Assembly: GCA_930987725.1 (NCBI GenBank)
Contig: CAKNKY010000006.1
Coordinates: forward strand, 3,476 to 67,475
Source of the DNA: an uncultured Anaeromassilibacillus sp.
GTDB lineage: Bacteria; Bacillota; Clostridia; Oscillospirales; Acutalibacteraceae
DNA: 64,000 bases
Reading direction: 5' to 3'
Part shown: positions 1 to 9,727 of the stretch, one piece after another
Layout of the letters: each line of letters begins with the position of its first letter
How positions within the stretch are numbered: position 1 is the stretch's first letter
Made by a program: the position numbers and the translations under genes
The notes under the pieces: model-generated
Databases searched by the model: none
What the model was told of the DNA's origin: nothing
Seen by the model: the letters and a program-made list of their open reading frames with translations, nothing else

Positions 1-597
1 CTCGATTACGAAAAATTTTTCTCCTCGCCTGTGCGTCTGCGCGTGGGCGCTACGGATCTGGCCACCGGCCAGGCTGTGTTCTATGACAAGGAGGAGATGG
101 ACGACATGCTCGTGCCGATCCGCGCTTCCAGCTCCATGCCGTTCCTGGCGCCAATTGTCTCTTTCAAGGGCCGGGAGCTGCTCGACGGAGGCTGTTCCAT
201 GTCGATCCCGCTCGAGCAGTCCATGGTGGACGGCAACCGCCGCAATGTGGTGGTGCTCACGCGCGACCCCACTTACCGCAAGAGTGCCCGCTCCGATTTC
301 CCGCGCTCCGTGCTGCGCGTGAAATACGGTGATTACCCCAACTTTGTGCAGGCCATGGCGGACCGCGGCATCAATTACAACAGCGAGGTGGAGCTCTGCC
401 GCGTAGAGGAGCGATTGGGCAACGCCGTGCTGGTGCGGCCCAGCAAGCCGCTCGTGGTGAGCCGCTATGAGAAGGACCCGGAGCGCCTGAAAGCCATCTA
501 TGAGATGGGCCGGGCGGACTGCGCCGCCAAGCTGCCGGAGATCCGCGCGATCCTTGCGCTCGACGCGGCGGAATCGGGCGAGGCTGCCCGGGCGTGA
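1..597 (+). CDS. patatin-like phospholipase family protein, C-terminal part (5' end outside the window)
   Basis: The frame is open from base 1 (LDYEKFFSSP precedes the listed ORF 31..597). The DGGCSMSIPLEQS region and overall pattern resemble the C-terminal half of bacterial patatin-type lipases. Confidence 0.75.
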   Translation, partial: LDYEKFFSSPVRLRVGATDLATGQAVFYDKEEMDDMLVPIRASSSMPFLAPIVSFKGRELLDGGCSMSIPLEQSMVDGNRRNVVVLTRDPTYRKSARSDFPRSVLRVKYGDYPNFVQAMADRGINYNSEVELCRVEERLGNAVLVRPSKPLVVSRYEKDPERLKAIYEMGRADCAAKLPEIRAILALDAAESGEAARA

Positions 598-605
598 GGG
601 GAAAT

Positions 606-1370
606 ATGGAGTACGAGAAACTGTTGGACGTCGTCACGGAAGCGGGGGCGCTTCTGCTGCGCAGCGGGGCCGAGATCTACCGCGTGGAGGAATCGATCAT
701 GCGGATCTGCGAGGCGTATGGCGCCGGTCCCGGCGACGTGTTTGCCATCCCGAGCTGCATTTATGTGACGCTCACGCGGCCGCAGGGCGCGCCGCTCACC
801 CGTGTGAAGCGCATCCTGGACCGCGAGACGAACCTTGACTGTGTGGACCGCACGAACGACGTGTGCCGCCGCATCTGCCGGGAAAAGCCGCCGCTCGACG
901 AAGCGCAGCGGCTGCTGCAGGAGGTGAAGGCCCGCCCCGATTATTCGGCCGCCGTGAAGCTCGCCGTCAGTCCGATGACGGGCTTTTTCTTCTGCCTGTT
1001 TTACGGCGGCGGCCTTTCGGACGCCGTGTGGGCCGGCCTGTGCAGTGTGGCGCTCCGGCTGCTGCTGTGGGGGCTGGAGCGGCTGCGCGTGAACAGCTTT
1101 TTCTGCAACCTGCTGGGCGGCGCGCTGTCCGGCGGCGTGGCTATGGCGGCCGTCTCGCTCGGCCTCGCGCAGAACGCGGACACCATCATCATCGGCGTGC
1201 TGATGAACCTCGTGCCCGGCATTGTCATCACCACCTTCATGCGGGACATGATGGCGGGGGACGTGGTGGCCGGCCTCATCCGTTTCTGCGAAAGCCTGCT
1301 GGTGGCCACGGCCATCGCACTCGGCGTGGGCGCAGCCCTCATGGTGCCGCGCCTTTTGTTCGGCGTGTAA
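606..1370 (+). CDS. threonine/serine exporter family protein (ThrE-like, DUF1212-type subunit)
   Basis: MEYEKLLDVVTEAGALLLRSGAEIYRVEESIMRICEAYGA is a typical N-terminus of this family, followed by multi-TM segments. ATG at 606 follows GAGGGG. The GTG at 594 overlaps the upstream stop. Confidence 0.8.
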   Translation: MEYEKLLDVVTEAGALLLRSGAEIYRVEESIMRICEAYGAGPGDVFAIPSCIYVTLTRPQGAPLTRVKRILDRETNLDCVDRTNDVCRRICREKPPLDEAQRLLQEVKARPDYSAAVKLAVSPMTGFFFCLFYGGGLSDAVWAGLCSVALRLLLWGLERLRVNSFFCNLLGGALSGGVAMAAVSLGLAQNADTIIIGVLMNLVPGIVITTFMRDMMAGDVVAGLIRFCESLLVATAIALGVGAALMVPRLLFGV

Positions 1371-1382
1371 GGGGGAAAGGAT

Positions 1383-1829
1383 ATGGAGTATTTGCAGTGC
1401 CTTTATGCCTTCCTCGCCGGCATCCCCTTCTGCGTGTTTTTCCGCGTGAGGGGGTCTTCCATCTTCTGGATGTCGCTCGGCGGGGCGATCGGCTGGTTTT
1501 TTTACCTCTTCAGCGCCCCCGTTGGCAACGATATCCTGCAATTTTTCATCGGCACGCTCGCCCTCGCGCTCTATGCCGAGATCATGGCGCGCGTGCGGCG
1601 GGCCCCCGCCACGGGCTACCTGCACGTGGCGCTCTTCCCGCTTGTGCCGGGCGGCGGTATCTATTACACGATGGAGTATTGCATCGCGGGCGACATGGAC
1701 CGCTTCCTGGAAACGGGCATGCACACGCTGAGCACGGCCGGCGCGCTGGCGCTCGGCATCCTGGTTGTCTCCACGCTGGCGCGGATCTTCACGCTCCTTG
1801 CCGGCGAGGGCGGCGAGCGCATGCGCTGA
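1383..1829 (+). CDS. threonine/serine exporter family protein, small membrane subunit (DUF3815-type)
   Basis: 148-aa polytopic membrane protein 12 nt after the DUF1212-type gene. This is the usual two-gene arrangement. Confidence 0.75.
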   Translation: MEYLQCLYAFLAGIPFCVFFRVRGSSIFWMSLGGAIGWFFYLFSAPVGNDILQFFIGTLALALYAEIMARVRRAPATGYLHVALFPLVPGGGIYYTMEYCIAGDMDRFLETGMHTLSTAGALALGILVVSTLARIFTLLAGEGGERMR

Positions 1830-2069
1830 ACGCGTGAAAAATTTTCCGGCGCGGCGCACGGGGCGCAGCTGCGCTCTTGCCTTGTCCCGCCGGAATATGA
1901 TAAAATAAACACGATACCGCACCGCTCTTTTCTTTTTCGAGCCGGTTCGCCTGTTTCGGGCGGGCCGGGCATGAGGGGGAAGCGGCGCGCCTGAAGGACG
2001 TCAAAGCGCGGGCGTCCTTTGTTTGCCGTCGCGCAAATTGGCCGAAACGGCCGGAAACGAGGGAACAGA

Positions 2070-5000
2070 ATGTCTGATGTGATTCGCGTATTCGTGGAGA
2101 AAAAGCCTGGCTTCGATGTGGAAGCAAGGCATATCCGGGCCGACCTTGTAGAGAACCTTGGTCTGGCGTCCGTTACGGACGTGAAACTGCTCAACCGCTA
2201 TGACATTTCCGGGATGAGCGCGGAAGAGTTCGCGCAGGCGCGCGATACCATCTTTTCGGAACCGAATGTGGACCGCGTGTATGAGGAGACGTACGAGGCC
2301 CCGGAGGGCTACCGCGTGTTCGCCATGGAATACCTGCCCGGGCAGTATGACCAGCGGGCGGACTCCGCCGCCCAGTGCGTGCAGCTTCTCACGCAGGGCG
2401 AGCGGCCGCAGGTTGTCACGGCGCGCGTTGTCGCCATCGGCGGAAACGTGAGCGATGAGGAGCTCGAGCGCATCGAGCATTACATGGTCAACCCTGTGGA
2501 AAGCCGCCTGGCTTCGCTGGAAAAGCCGGAATCCCTCGACATGAAGGCGGATGTGCCCGCCGACGTGGCGCGCGTGACCGGCTTCATCTCCTGGGACGAC
2601 GCGGAGATGGACGCGTTTTACGGGAAAATGGGTTTTGCCATGAGCCGTGAGGATCTCTTCTTCTGCCGCGATTATTTCCGCGATGAAGAGCGCCGCGACC
2701 CCACCGTCACGGAGCTGCGCGTGATCGACACCTACTGGAGCGACCACTGCCGCCACACCACGTTCTCCACGCGCCTGACGGAGATCGATGTGGACCGCGG
2801 CCCGCTCTCCGCCGCCATCGAGGCGGCCGTGCGCCATTACTTCGACGTGCGCCGCGAGGTGTACGGCGAGACGGATCGCCCCGTTTCCCTCATGGATATG
2901 GCTGTGATTGGCACGAAGGCGCTTAAGCGCCGCGGCCTTGTGCCGGATCTCGATGAGAGCGAGGAGATCAACGCCTGCTCCATCCAGGTGCCCGTCACCA
3001 TCGACGGCAAAACGGAGGATTGGCTTGTCCAGTTCAAGAATGAGACGCATAACCACCCCACGGAGATCGAGCCGTTCGGCGGCGCGGCTACCTGCCTGGG
3101 CGGCGCCATCCGTGATCCGCTCTCCGGCCGCGCCTATGTCTATCAGGCCATGCGCGTGACCGGTTCCGGTGATCCGCGCGTACCGGTGGAAAAGACGCTG
3201 CACGGCAAGCTCCCCACCCGCAAGATCACCACGGGCGCCGCGCACGGCTACAGCTCCTACGGCAACCAGATTGGCCTTGCCACCGGCCAGGTTACCGAGC
3301 TCTATGACCCCGGCTATGTCGCAAAGCGCCTCGAGATCGGCGCCGTGATCGGCGCTTCCCCGAAGGCAAACGTGGTGCGCGAGGAGCCCGCTCCTGGCGA
3401 CGTGATTGTGCTGCTCGGCGGTGCGACCGGCCGCGACGGCATCGGCGGCGCAACCGGTTCCTCCAAGGCGCACACGGAAAAGTCCGTGGAAGTCTGCGGC
3501 GCGGAGGTCCAGAAGGGCAACCCGCCCACCGAGCGCAAGATCCAGCGCCTGTTCCGCGATCCGGCCGTTTCCACGCTGATCAAGCGCTGCAACGACTTCG
3601 GCGCGGGCGGCGTGAGCGTGGCCATCGGCGAGCTGGCGCCCGGCCTCGACATCGATCTTGACAAAGTGCCGAAGAAGTATGAGGGCCTCGACGGCACGGA
3701 ACTCGCCATCTCCGAAAGCCAGGAGCGCATGGCCGTTGTGCTTGCGCCCGAGGACGTGGCAGCCTTCCACGCGGCGGCGGACCGTGAAAACCTGGAGGCC
3801 ACCGTGGTGGCCGTCGTCAAGGCGGAGCCCCGCCTCACCATGACGTGGCGCGGCGACCGCATCGTGAGCCTGGCGCGCTCCTTCCTGGACACGAACGGCG
3901 TCACCCAGAACGCGAAGGTGCGCATTGCCGCTCCCGATCCGGCCAAAAATTACCGCGCCCTTGTGCCGGCCTGCCTGGCCGGGAAGAGCGGCGCGCAGGC
4001 CTTTTCCGAAAACCTTTCCCGCCTGGAGGTCTGCTGCCAGAAGGGATTGGCGGAGCGCTTTGACGCCTCCATCGGCGCGGCCACGGTGAACATGCCGTTC
4101 GGCGGCGCCTACCAGCTCACGCCCGAGGAGGCCATGGCCGCGAAGCTGCCCGTGCGCACCGGCGAAACGGACGACGCCACCGCCATGAGCTTCGGCTACA
4201 TCCCCGGCGAGTCCCGCTTCTCGCCGTTCCACGGCGCGGCCTGGGCCGTGATGGAGAGCCTTTCGAAGCTCTGCGCCATCGGGGCCGACCCGCTCACGGC
4301 GCGCCTCACCTTCCAGGAATATTTCGAGCGCATGACGGGGGACCCGACACGCTGGGGCCAGCCGGCTTCTGCGCTGCTGGGCGCCCTCGAGGCCCAGCTC
4401 GGCATGGGCCTGCCCGCCATCGGCGGCAAGGATTCCATGAGCGGCACCTTTGAGACGCTCGATGTCCCGCCCACGCTCGTGAGCTTCGCCGTTGCCATGA
4501 CGAAGGCCAGCAAGACGCGTTCCGCCGCCTTCACGAAGGGCGGTTCGAAGGTGTGCCTGCTCCCCCTGCCGCAGAACAGCGAGACGCTTCTGCCTGACTG
4601 GGAGGCCGCCAAGGCTTTCTACCGCACGGTCCGTTCCCTCATGGAGAGCGGCGCGATCGGCGCCGTGTCCGTGGTGAAGGAGGGCGGCGCGGCTGCGGCT
4701 GTGGCGCGCATGTGCTTCGGCAACCACATCGGCTTTGCGTTTGAGGATCTCGACGCGGAAACGCTCTATGCGCCGCAGTCCGGTTCTCTCGTCGCCGAGC
4801 TGGAAAACGGAGCCTCCCTGCCGGACGACCTGCACGCCGTCGTGCTCGGCAGCACGCAGGAGGAGCAGGCGATCCGCATCGGCGGCCAGACGCTGGCGCT
4901 CGGCGACGCGATCCGCGCCTGGATGAACCCGCTCGAGAAGGTCTTCCCGAACAACGCCCCCGAAGTTCCCGTGGAGCGCGACGTGCCGCTCTGGACGGAG

Positions 5001-5831
5001 CGGAATGCGAAGGCTCCGGCCATCAAGGCCGCGAAGCCGCGCGTGTGCATTCCCGTGTTCCCCGGCACGAACTGCGAATACGACACCGCCCGCGCCTTCG
5101 AAAAGGCCGGCGCGGAGACGGAGATCCTCGTGGTGCGCAACCTTTCCGCTGCCGCTATTGAGGAGACGATTGCCAGACTGGAGCAGGCCGTGCGCCGTGC
5201 CCAGATCGTGATGCTGCCCGGCGGCTTCTCCGGCGGCGACGAGCCGGACGGCTCCGGCAAGTTCATCGCCACCACCTTCCGCAGCCCCCGTGTGGCGGAC
5301 GCCGTGGCCGAGCTGCTCGAAAAGCGCGACGGCCTCATGCTTGGCATCTGCAACGGCTTCCAGGCGCTCATCAAGCTCGGCCTCGTGCCCTACGGCCGCA
5401 TCATGCAGCCGAGTGAGACGGCCCCCACGCTCACCTTCAACACGCTGGGCCGCCATGTGTCTCGCATGGCTTACACGCGCGTGACGAGCGTGAAGTCGCC
5501 GTGGCTGGCCGGCGTCCAGGCGGGAGACGTGTTCTCCGTGCCTGTCTCGCACGGCGAGGGCCGATTCGTGGCGAATGAAGAGGATCTGGACCGCCTCATT
5601 GCGAACGGCCAGATCGCCACGCAGTATGTCGCGCCGCAGGGTGCGCCCAGCGGCTCCATCGAGTGGAACCCGAACGGCTCCGTCTGCGCAGTGGAAGGCA
5701 TCACCAGCCCGGACGGCCGCGTCCTGGGCAAGATGGGCCACTCCGAGCGCAAGGGCGACCATCTCTATGCGAATGTGCCCGGTGCGAAGGATCAGCGTCT
5801 GTTCGAATCCGGCGTGCGCTATTTCAAATAA
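2070..5831 (+). CDS. purL: phosphoribosylformylglycinamidine (FGAM) synthase, single-chain large form
   Basis: About 1250 aa with a C-terminal glutamine amidotransferase domain (LGICNGFQAL, SHGEGRF). The N-terminus is MSDVIRVFVEKKPGFDVEA, with ATG at 2070 after GAGGGA. Confidence 0.95.
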   Translation: MSDVIRVFVEKKPGFDVEARHIRADLVENLGLASVTDVKLLNRYDISGMSAEEFAQARDTIFSEPNVDRVYEETYEAPEGYRVFAMEYLPGQYDQRADSAAQCVQLLTQGERPQVVTARVVAIGGNVSDEELERIEHYMVNPVESRLASLEKPESLDMKADVPADVARVTGFISWDDAEMDAFYGKMGFAMSREDLFFCRDYFRDEERRDPTVTELRVIDTYWSDHCRHTTFSTRLTEIDVDRGPLSAAIEAAVRHYFDVRREVYGETDRPVSLMDMAVIGTKALKRRGLVPDLDESEEINACSIQVPVTIDGKTEDWLVQFKNETHNHPTEIEPFGGAATCLGGAIRDPLSGRAYVYQAMRVTGSGDPRVPVEKTLHGKLPTRKITTGAAHGYSSYGNQIGLATGQVTELYDPGYVAKRLEIGAVIGASPKANVVREEPAPGDVIVLLGGATGRDGIGGATGSSKAHTEKSVEVCGAEVQKGNPPTERKIQRLFRDPAVSTLIKRCNDFGAGGVSVAIGELAPGLDIDLDKVPKKYEGLDGTELAISESQERMAVVLAPEDVAAFHAAADRENLEATVVAVVKAEPRLTMTWRGDRIVSLARSFLDTNGVTQNAKVRIAAPDPAKNYRALVPACLAGKSGAQAFSENLSRLEVCCQKGLAERFDASIGAATVNMPFGGAYQLTPEEAMAAKLPVRTGETDDATAMSFGYIPGESRFSPFHGAAWAVMESLSKLCAIGADPLTARLTFQEYFERMTGDPTRWGQPASALLGALEAQLGMGLPAIGGKDSMSGTFETLDVPPTLVSFAVAMTKASKTRSAAFTKGGSKVCLLPLPQNSETLLPDWEAAKAFYRTVRSLMESGAIGAVSVVKEGGAAAAVARMCFGNHIGFAFEDLDAETLYAPQSGSLVAELENGASLPDDLHAVVLGSTQEEQAIRIGGQTLALGDAIRAWMNPLEKVFPNNAPEVPVERDVPLWTERNAKAPAIKAAKPRVCIPVFPGTNCEYDTARAFEKAGAETEILVVRNLSAAAIEETIARLEQAVRRAQIVMLPGGFSGGDEPDGSGKFIATTFRSPRVADAVAELLEKRDGLMLGICNGFQALIKLGLVPYGRIMQPSETAPTLTFNTLGRHVSRMAYTRVTSVKSPWLAGVQAGDVFSVPVSHGEGRFVANEEDLDRLIANGQIATQYVAPQGAPSGSIEWNPNGSVCAVEGITSPDGRVLGKMGHSERKGDHLYANVPGAKDQRLFESGVRYFK

Positions 5832-5865
5832 TCGGTCGGCCTGACGCCGGAAGGAGACGATACCA

Positions 5866-7047
5866 TTGGAACTGGATTTTATCAAGAGAACCTGGGCGGA
5901 AATTGACCTGGACGTCGTGGCTGCCAACTATCGCGAGATCAAAAAATGCCTGAACCCGGGCGTGAAAATGTGTTGTGTCGTGAAGGCCGACGCTTATGGC
6001 CACGGCTCCGTCGTGCTCGCGAAGGAGTACGAGAGCCTGGGCGCGGACTGGTTAGCCGTTTCGAACCTGGAAGAGGCGGAAGAGCTGCGTGCCGCCGGCG
6101 TCCGCCTGCCGGTGCTCATCCTCGGCTATACGCCGCCGGAGTTGGCACAGCGGCTCTGCTCCGGGAACTTTTCGCAGGCGATCCTCTCACTCGATTACGC
6201 GCGGCGCCTCTCCGCCGTGGCGGAGCGCGGCGGTTTCACCGTGAAGGGCCACATTGCTGTCGACACCGGCATGAGCCGCATCGGGTTCCTCTACCAGGAC
6301 CGTGACCGCGACAGCAGCAGCATCGACGAGATTGTGCAGGCGTGCCGCCTCGCCTCCCTGATTCCTGAGGGTATCTTCACCCACTTTTCCGTTGCGGATG
6401 ACGGCGAGGAGGGCAGCTATTACACTGCGCGCCAGTTCCGCTTTTTCACAAATGCCATTTCCCAGCTTGAGCAGCGCGGTGTCACCTTCCGTGTGCACCA
6501 CTGCGCAAACTCGGCCGGTGTGCTCGATTACCCCGAATATCAGCTCGACATGGTGCGGCCCGGCATCATCCTCTACGGCCTGCAGCCCTCTCCGATGATG
6601 CGCCGCCATATCCCCCTGCGCCCCGCGATGTGCGTGAAGAGCATGCTCTGCCTCGTGAAGCAGGTGGAGGAGGGCACCAGCGTCAGCTACGGCCGCTGCT
6701 TCACAGCGGACCGCCGCATGCGTGTCGGCACGCTGCCGATCGGCTATGCCGACGGTTATCCCCGCGCCCTCTCCTCGAAGGGCTGGGCAATGATCCACGG
6801 CAGGAAGGCTCCCGTGCTGGGCCGCGTGTGCATGGACCAGCTCATGGTGGATCTCACCGACATTCCCGAGGCCCAGGTGGGGGATGAGGCTGTCCTCTTC
6901 GGCGCTGAGCCGACGGCGGACGATCTCGCCGCCCAGTATGGCGCCATCGGCTATGAGCTGATCTGCGGTGTGAGCCGCCGTGTGCCGCGCGTCTATCTGC
7001 GCCGCGGCCGCCCCATCTCGGTCGAAAACAGAATGCACCAGAGCTGA
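5866..7047 (+). CDS. alr: alanine racemase
   Basis: KRTWAEIDLDVVAANYREIK...VVKADAYGHG is the PLP-lysine motif context. TTG start at 5866, 9 nt after AAGGAG. Confidence 0.93.
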   Translation: MELDFIKRTWAEIDLDVVAANYREIKKCLNPGVKMCCVVKADAYGHGSVVLAKEYESLGADWLAVSNLEEAEELRAAGVRLPVLILGYTPPELAQRLCSGNFSQAILSLDYARRLSAVAERGGFTVKGHIAVDTGMSRIGFLYQDRDRDSSSIDEIVQACRLASLIPEGIFTHFSVADDGEEGSYYTARQFRFFTNAISQLEQRGVTFRVHHCANSAGVLDYPEYQLDMVRPGIILYGLQPSPMMRRHIPLRPAMCVKSMLCLVKQVEEGTSVSYGRCFTADRRMRVGTLPIGYADGYPRALSSKGWAMIHGRKAPVLGRVCMDQLMVDLTDIPEAQVGDEAVLFGAEPTADDLAAQYGAIGYELICGVSRRVPRVYLRRGRPISVENRMHQS

Positions 7048-7067
7048 ATCCCCGCTCTGGCAGATAG

Positions 7068-7119
7068 AAAGCGCCCCCGGCGCCGTCCAGTTTTTCTCTG
7101 GACGCGCCGGGGGCGCTTT
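7068..7119. terminator. bidirectional intrinsic terminator between convergent alr and trpS
   Basis: AAAGCGCCCCCGGCGCCGTCCAG / CTGGACGCGCCGGGGGCGCTTT long GC-rich hairpin, flanked by A- and T-runs. Confidence 0.7.
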
Positions 7120-7149
7120 GCGTCATGCGGGAAAAGTCCGGCGGAAAGA

Positions 7150-8151
7150 TCAGGCGGGCAGGAAGCCGATCTTCTTCATCACCTTGGCGAGCGTGCGGTT
7201 GGCGATGCGTTCGGCGCGCTGGGCGCCCTCGCGGTAGCATTCCTCGAGATAGGCTTTGTCGGCAATGTACTGCGCGTATTTCTCCTGGATCGGGCGCAGG
7301 TGCTCCACCACGGCCTCGCCGACGGCCGTCTTGAAATCGCCGTAGCCGCGGCCCTCGAATTCATGCTCGATCTCCTCCATCGTCTTGCCCGTCACGCAGG
7401 AGTAGATGCCCATGAGGTTGTTTACGCCGTCCTTGCCCTCGGCATAGCGCACGCAGGCTTCGCTGTCCGTGACGGCGCGTTTGAATTTGCGCATGACGAC
7501 CTCCGGCGGGTCGAGCAGGGCGACGAAGCCGTTCACATTCGAATCGGATTTGCTCATCTTCGAGCTTGGATCCTGCAGGCTCATGATGCGCGCGCCGTGC
7601 TTCGGAATGTAGCCGTCCGGCAGGTTGAAGGTGGGGGAGTAGGCGGCGTTGAAGCGGTCTGCAATGTTGCGGGTGAGCTCGAGGTGCTGCTTCTGGTCGG
7701 CGCCCACCGGCACGAGATCCGCCTGATAGAGAAGGATGTCGGCGGCCATGAGGCTCGGGTAGGTAAACAGGCCGGCATTGATGTTGTCCGCATGCTTGGC
7801 GGCCTTGTCCTTGAACTGCGTCATGCGCGAGAGCTCGCCGAACTGCGTGTAGCAGTTGAGTACCCAGGCAAGCTGGGCGTGCGCCGGAACGTGGCTCTGG
7901 ATGAAGAAGATGCTCTTCTTCGGGTCAATGCCGCAGGCCAGCAGCAGGGCGTAGGCCTCCGTTGTGTTCTTGCGGAACGTGGCCGGGTCCTGCCGCACGG
8001 TGATGGTGTGCAGATCGGCCAGCGAGAAAATGCAGTCGTATTCATCCTGCAGGGCGACCCAGTTCTTTAACGCCCCCAGGTAATTTCCCAGCGTGATGGT
8101 GCCGCTGGGCTGAATGGCGCTGAAAATGACTTTTTTGCGTTCTGTTTCCAT
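7150..8151 (-). CDS. trpS: tryptophan--tRNA ligase
   Basis: METERKKVIFSAIQPSGTITLGNYLGALKNW gives the class I HIGH-region context, with a KMSKS motif (SKMSKSD). 333 aa. Confidence 0.95.
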   Translation of the reverse strand: METERKKVIFSAIQPSGTITLGNYLGALKNWVALQDEYDCIFSLADLHTITVRQDPATFRKNTTEAYALLLACGIDPKKSIFFIQSHVPAHAQLAWVLNCYTQFGELSRMTQFKDKAAKHADNINAGLFTYPSLMAADILLYQADLVPVGADQKQHLELTRNIADRFNAAYSPTFNLPDGYIPKHGARIMSLQDPSSKMSKSDSNVNGFVALLDPPEVVMRKFKRAVTDSEACVRYAEGKDGVNNLMGIYSCVTGKTMEEIEHEFEGRGYGDFKTAVGEAVVEHLRPIQEKYAQYIADKAYLEECYREGAQRAERIANRTLAKVMKKIGFLPA

Positions 8152-8164
8152 GGGATTTCCTCCT

Positions 8165-8455
8165 TTGAAAAATCAAAAAGCGCTTCCGCCCCATTTCTGG
8201 GACAGAAGCGCCTGCGGCTTTCTGCGGTACCACCCGGATTGGCGGGAAAATCCCGCCCTCTCTGCGCCGCGCCTGCCGGGCGCGGCATCCCCGTAACGGG
8301 GGGAAGCCGTCGGCGGCTACTGGGGCAGGTGCCCGTTCGCCTCCGCCCTCCCGTGCCCATTCGGCGCGCCGCCTCCGGCCGGCTCTCAGCTGCTCCGGCT
8401 CTCTGTGCGGCGGTGTGGCGCGCGTACTCACACACGATCTGCGGTTTTTCTGGTT
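8165..8455 (-). promoter_or_regulatory. T-box leader (Trp specifier) controlling trpS
   Basis: On the minus strand: AGAGAG stem-I element, a GAA-UGG-G specifier context (UGG = plus-strand 8357..8359), the conserved T-box AAUCCGGGUGGUACCGCAGA (plus 8221..8240), then a terminator hairpin GAAGCGC.../GCGCUUC plus a U-run (plus 8171..8212) just before the RBS. Confidence 0.85.
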
Positions 8456-8461
8456 TTCTCT

Positions 8462-8490
8462 ATTGTATACCTGTCGTGCGCCGTTGTCAA
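8462..8490 (-). promoter_or_regulatory. sigma-A type promoter for the T-box/trpS transcript
   Basis: Minus strand reads TTGACA (8490..8485), a 17-nt spacer, then TACAAT (8467..8462). Confidence 0.6.
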
Positions 8491-8500
8491 GCGCGGCCGA

Positions 8501-9694
8501 TCAGCGGCAGACCTCCGATGCGAGCTGGCCCAGGATGCGGATGCCCTTCTCGAGCTGCTCGTTCGTAGGCGTGGAGTAGTTGATGCGGAAGCTCTGGCAG
8601 GGATCGCTCTCGTTCGTGAGGAAGGCGTTGCCCGGCACCACGCACACCTTGCGCAGCACGGCCTCCTTGCAGAAGGCAGGCATGTCCACGCCGCCCGGCA
8701 GCGTGCACCACAGGAACAGGCCGCCCTCGATGGGCAGGTAGGTGATCCCGTTGGGCACCAGGTGCTCGTTCATGAGCTTCATCGTGAAGGCGGACTTTTC
8801 GCGGTAGATGGCGCGCAGGCGTTCCAGGTGAGCGTCAAAGTCATAGTGCGTCATCAGCTCGTTGCACACGATCTGGCTCCAGATGTTGGTGTGCACATCC
8901 TCGCCCTGCTTGCAGACGATCATCTTCTGCAGCAGCTCCTGCGGCCCGATGGCATAGCCCACGCGGATGCCGGGGGAGATCACCTTCGAGAAGGAACCGC
9001 AGTACACCACGATGCCGTCCTCGTCCAGGCTCTTGATGGGCGGCACATGCTCGCCGGAGAAGCGCAGGTCGCCGTAGGGGTTGTCCTCCAGAATGAGCAC
9101 GCCGTATTTCTTTGCCAAGGCATACATCTGCTTGCGCTTTTCCCAGCTCATCGTGATGCCGGAGGGGTTCTGGAAATTCGGAATGGTGTAGATGAAGCGG
9201 GCGCGCGGCTCCTCGCGCAGAGCCGTCTCCAGCTTATCCATGTCCATGCCGTCCGGCTCCATCGGCACGCCGCGCAGGCGCGCGTTGTAGGAGCGGAAGC
9301 TGTTGAGCGAGCCGATGAAGCTCGGCGCCTCGCAGATGACGACGTCGCCCTCGTTGCACACCGACTTCGTGAGCAGATCCATGACCTGCTGCGCGCCGGA
9401 CGTCACGAGCACCGCGTCAAAGCTGCGGCCCACGTTGTGCTTTTCCTTCATGTAGGACGCGATCGTCTCGCGCAGGGCGGGGTAGCCCTCCGTCACGCTG
9501 TACTGCAGCGCGTCGATCGGCCGCTCGGCGAAGATGCGCGCCGAGATCTCGGCGATCTCCTTCACGGGGAAGGCTTCCGGGGAGGGGTTGCCGGCCGAAA
9601 GGGAGACAACCGAGGGATCGGCCGCGTATTTGAAGATTTCGCGGATCGCCGAAGGCTTCAGCGTCTGCACGCGGTCAGAGAATTTGTATTCCAT
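8501..9694 (-). CDS. PLP-dependent aminotransferase, class I/II (2-aminoadipate/aromatic aminotransferase-like)
   Basis: MEYKFSDRVQTLKPSAIREIFK..., NPSG and SFSKVISPGIRVGY (PLP lysine context). Confidence 0.88.
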   Translation of the reverse strand: MEYKFSDRVQTLKPSAIREIFKYAADPSVVSLSAGNPSPEAFPVKEIAEISARIFAERPIDALQYSVTEGYPALRETIASYMKEKHNVGRSFDAVLVTSGAQQVMDLLTKSVCNEGDVVICEAPSFIGSLNSFRSYNARLRGVPMEPDGMDMDKLETALREEPRARFIYTIPNFQNPSGITMSWEKRKQMYALAKKYGVLILEDNPYGDLRFSGEHVPPIKSLDEDGIVVYCGSFSKVISPGIRVGYAIGPQELLQKMIVCKQGEDVHTNIWSQIVCNELMTHYDFDAHLERLRAIYREKSAFTMKLMNEHLVPNGITYLPIEGGLFLWCTLPGGVDMPAFCKEAVLRKVCVVPGNAFLTNESDPCQSFRINYSTPTNEQLEKGIRILGQLASEVCR

Positions 9695-9727
9695 GTTTGC
9701 AAGACCTCCTGTCAGATAAAACCGGGC

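Noticed and set aside
1830-2069. Possible purine, ZTP or PRPP riboswitch upstream of purL. The region has an extended -10 TGATAAAAT near 1895..1905 and a weak hairpin GGACG...CGTCC plus TTTGTTTG near 1995..2030.
   Set aside because: I could not find any conserved core: no purine-riboswitch junction motifs, and no GACUGGCG or CCGCCUGGGCA of the ZTP class. The hairpin is only 5 bp with a 12-nt loop. This is not enough to call a regulatory RNA.
2001-5927. 1308-aa ORF on the minus strand opposite purL. Similar very long antisense ORFs are 8405..10471 (+), 25887..29471 (-), 36798..38477 (-), 43623..45590 (-) and 46609..48870 (-).
   Set aside because: They are Arg/Ala/Gly/His-rich, low-complexity translations that lie exactly antisense to genes with unmistakable conserved motifs. 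Stop codons are scarce in high-GC DNA, so these ORFs are expected artefacts.
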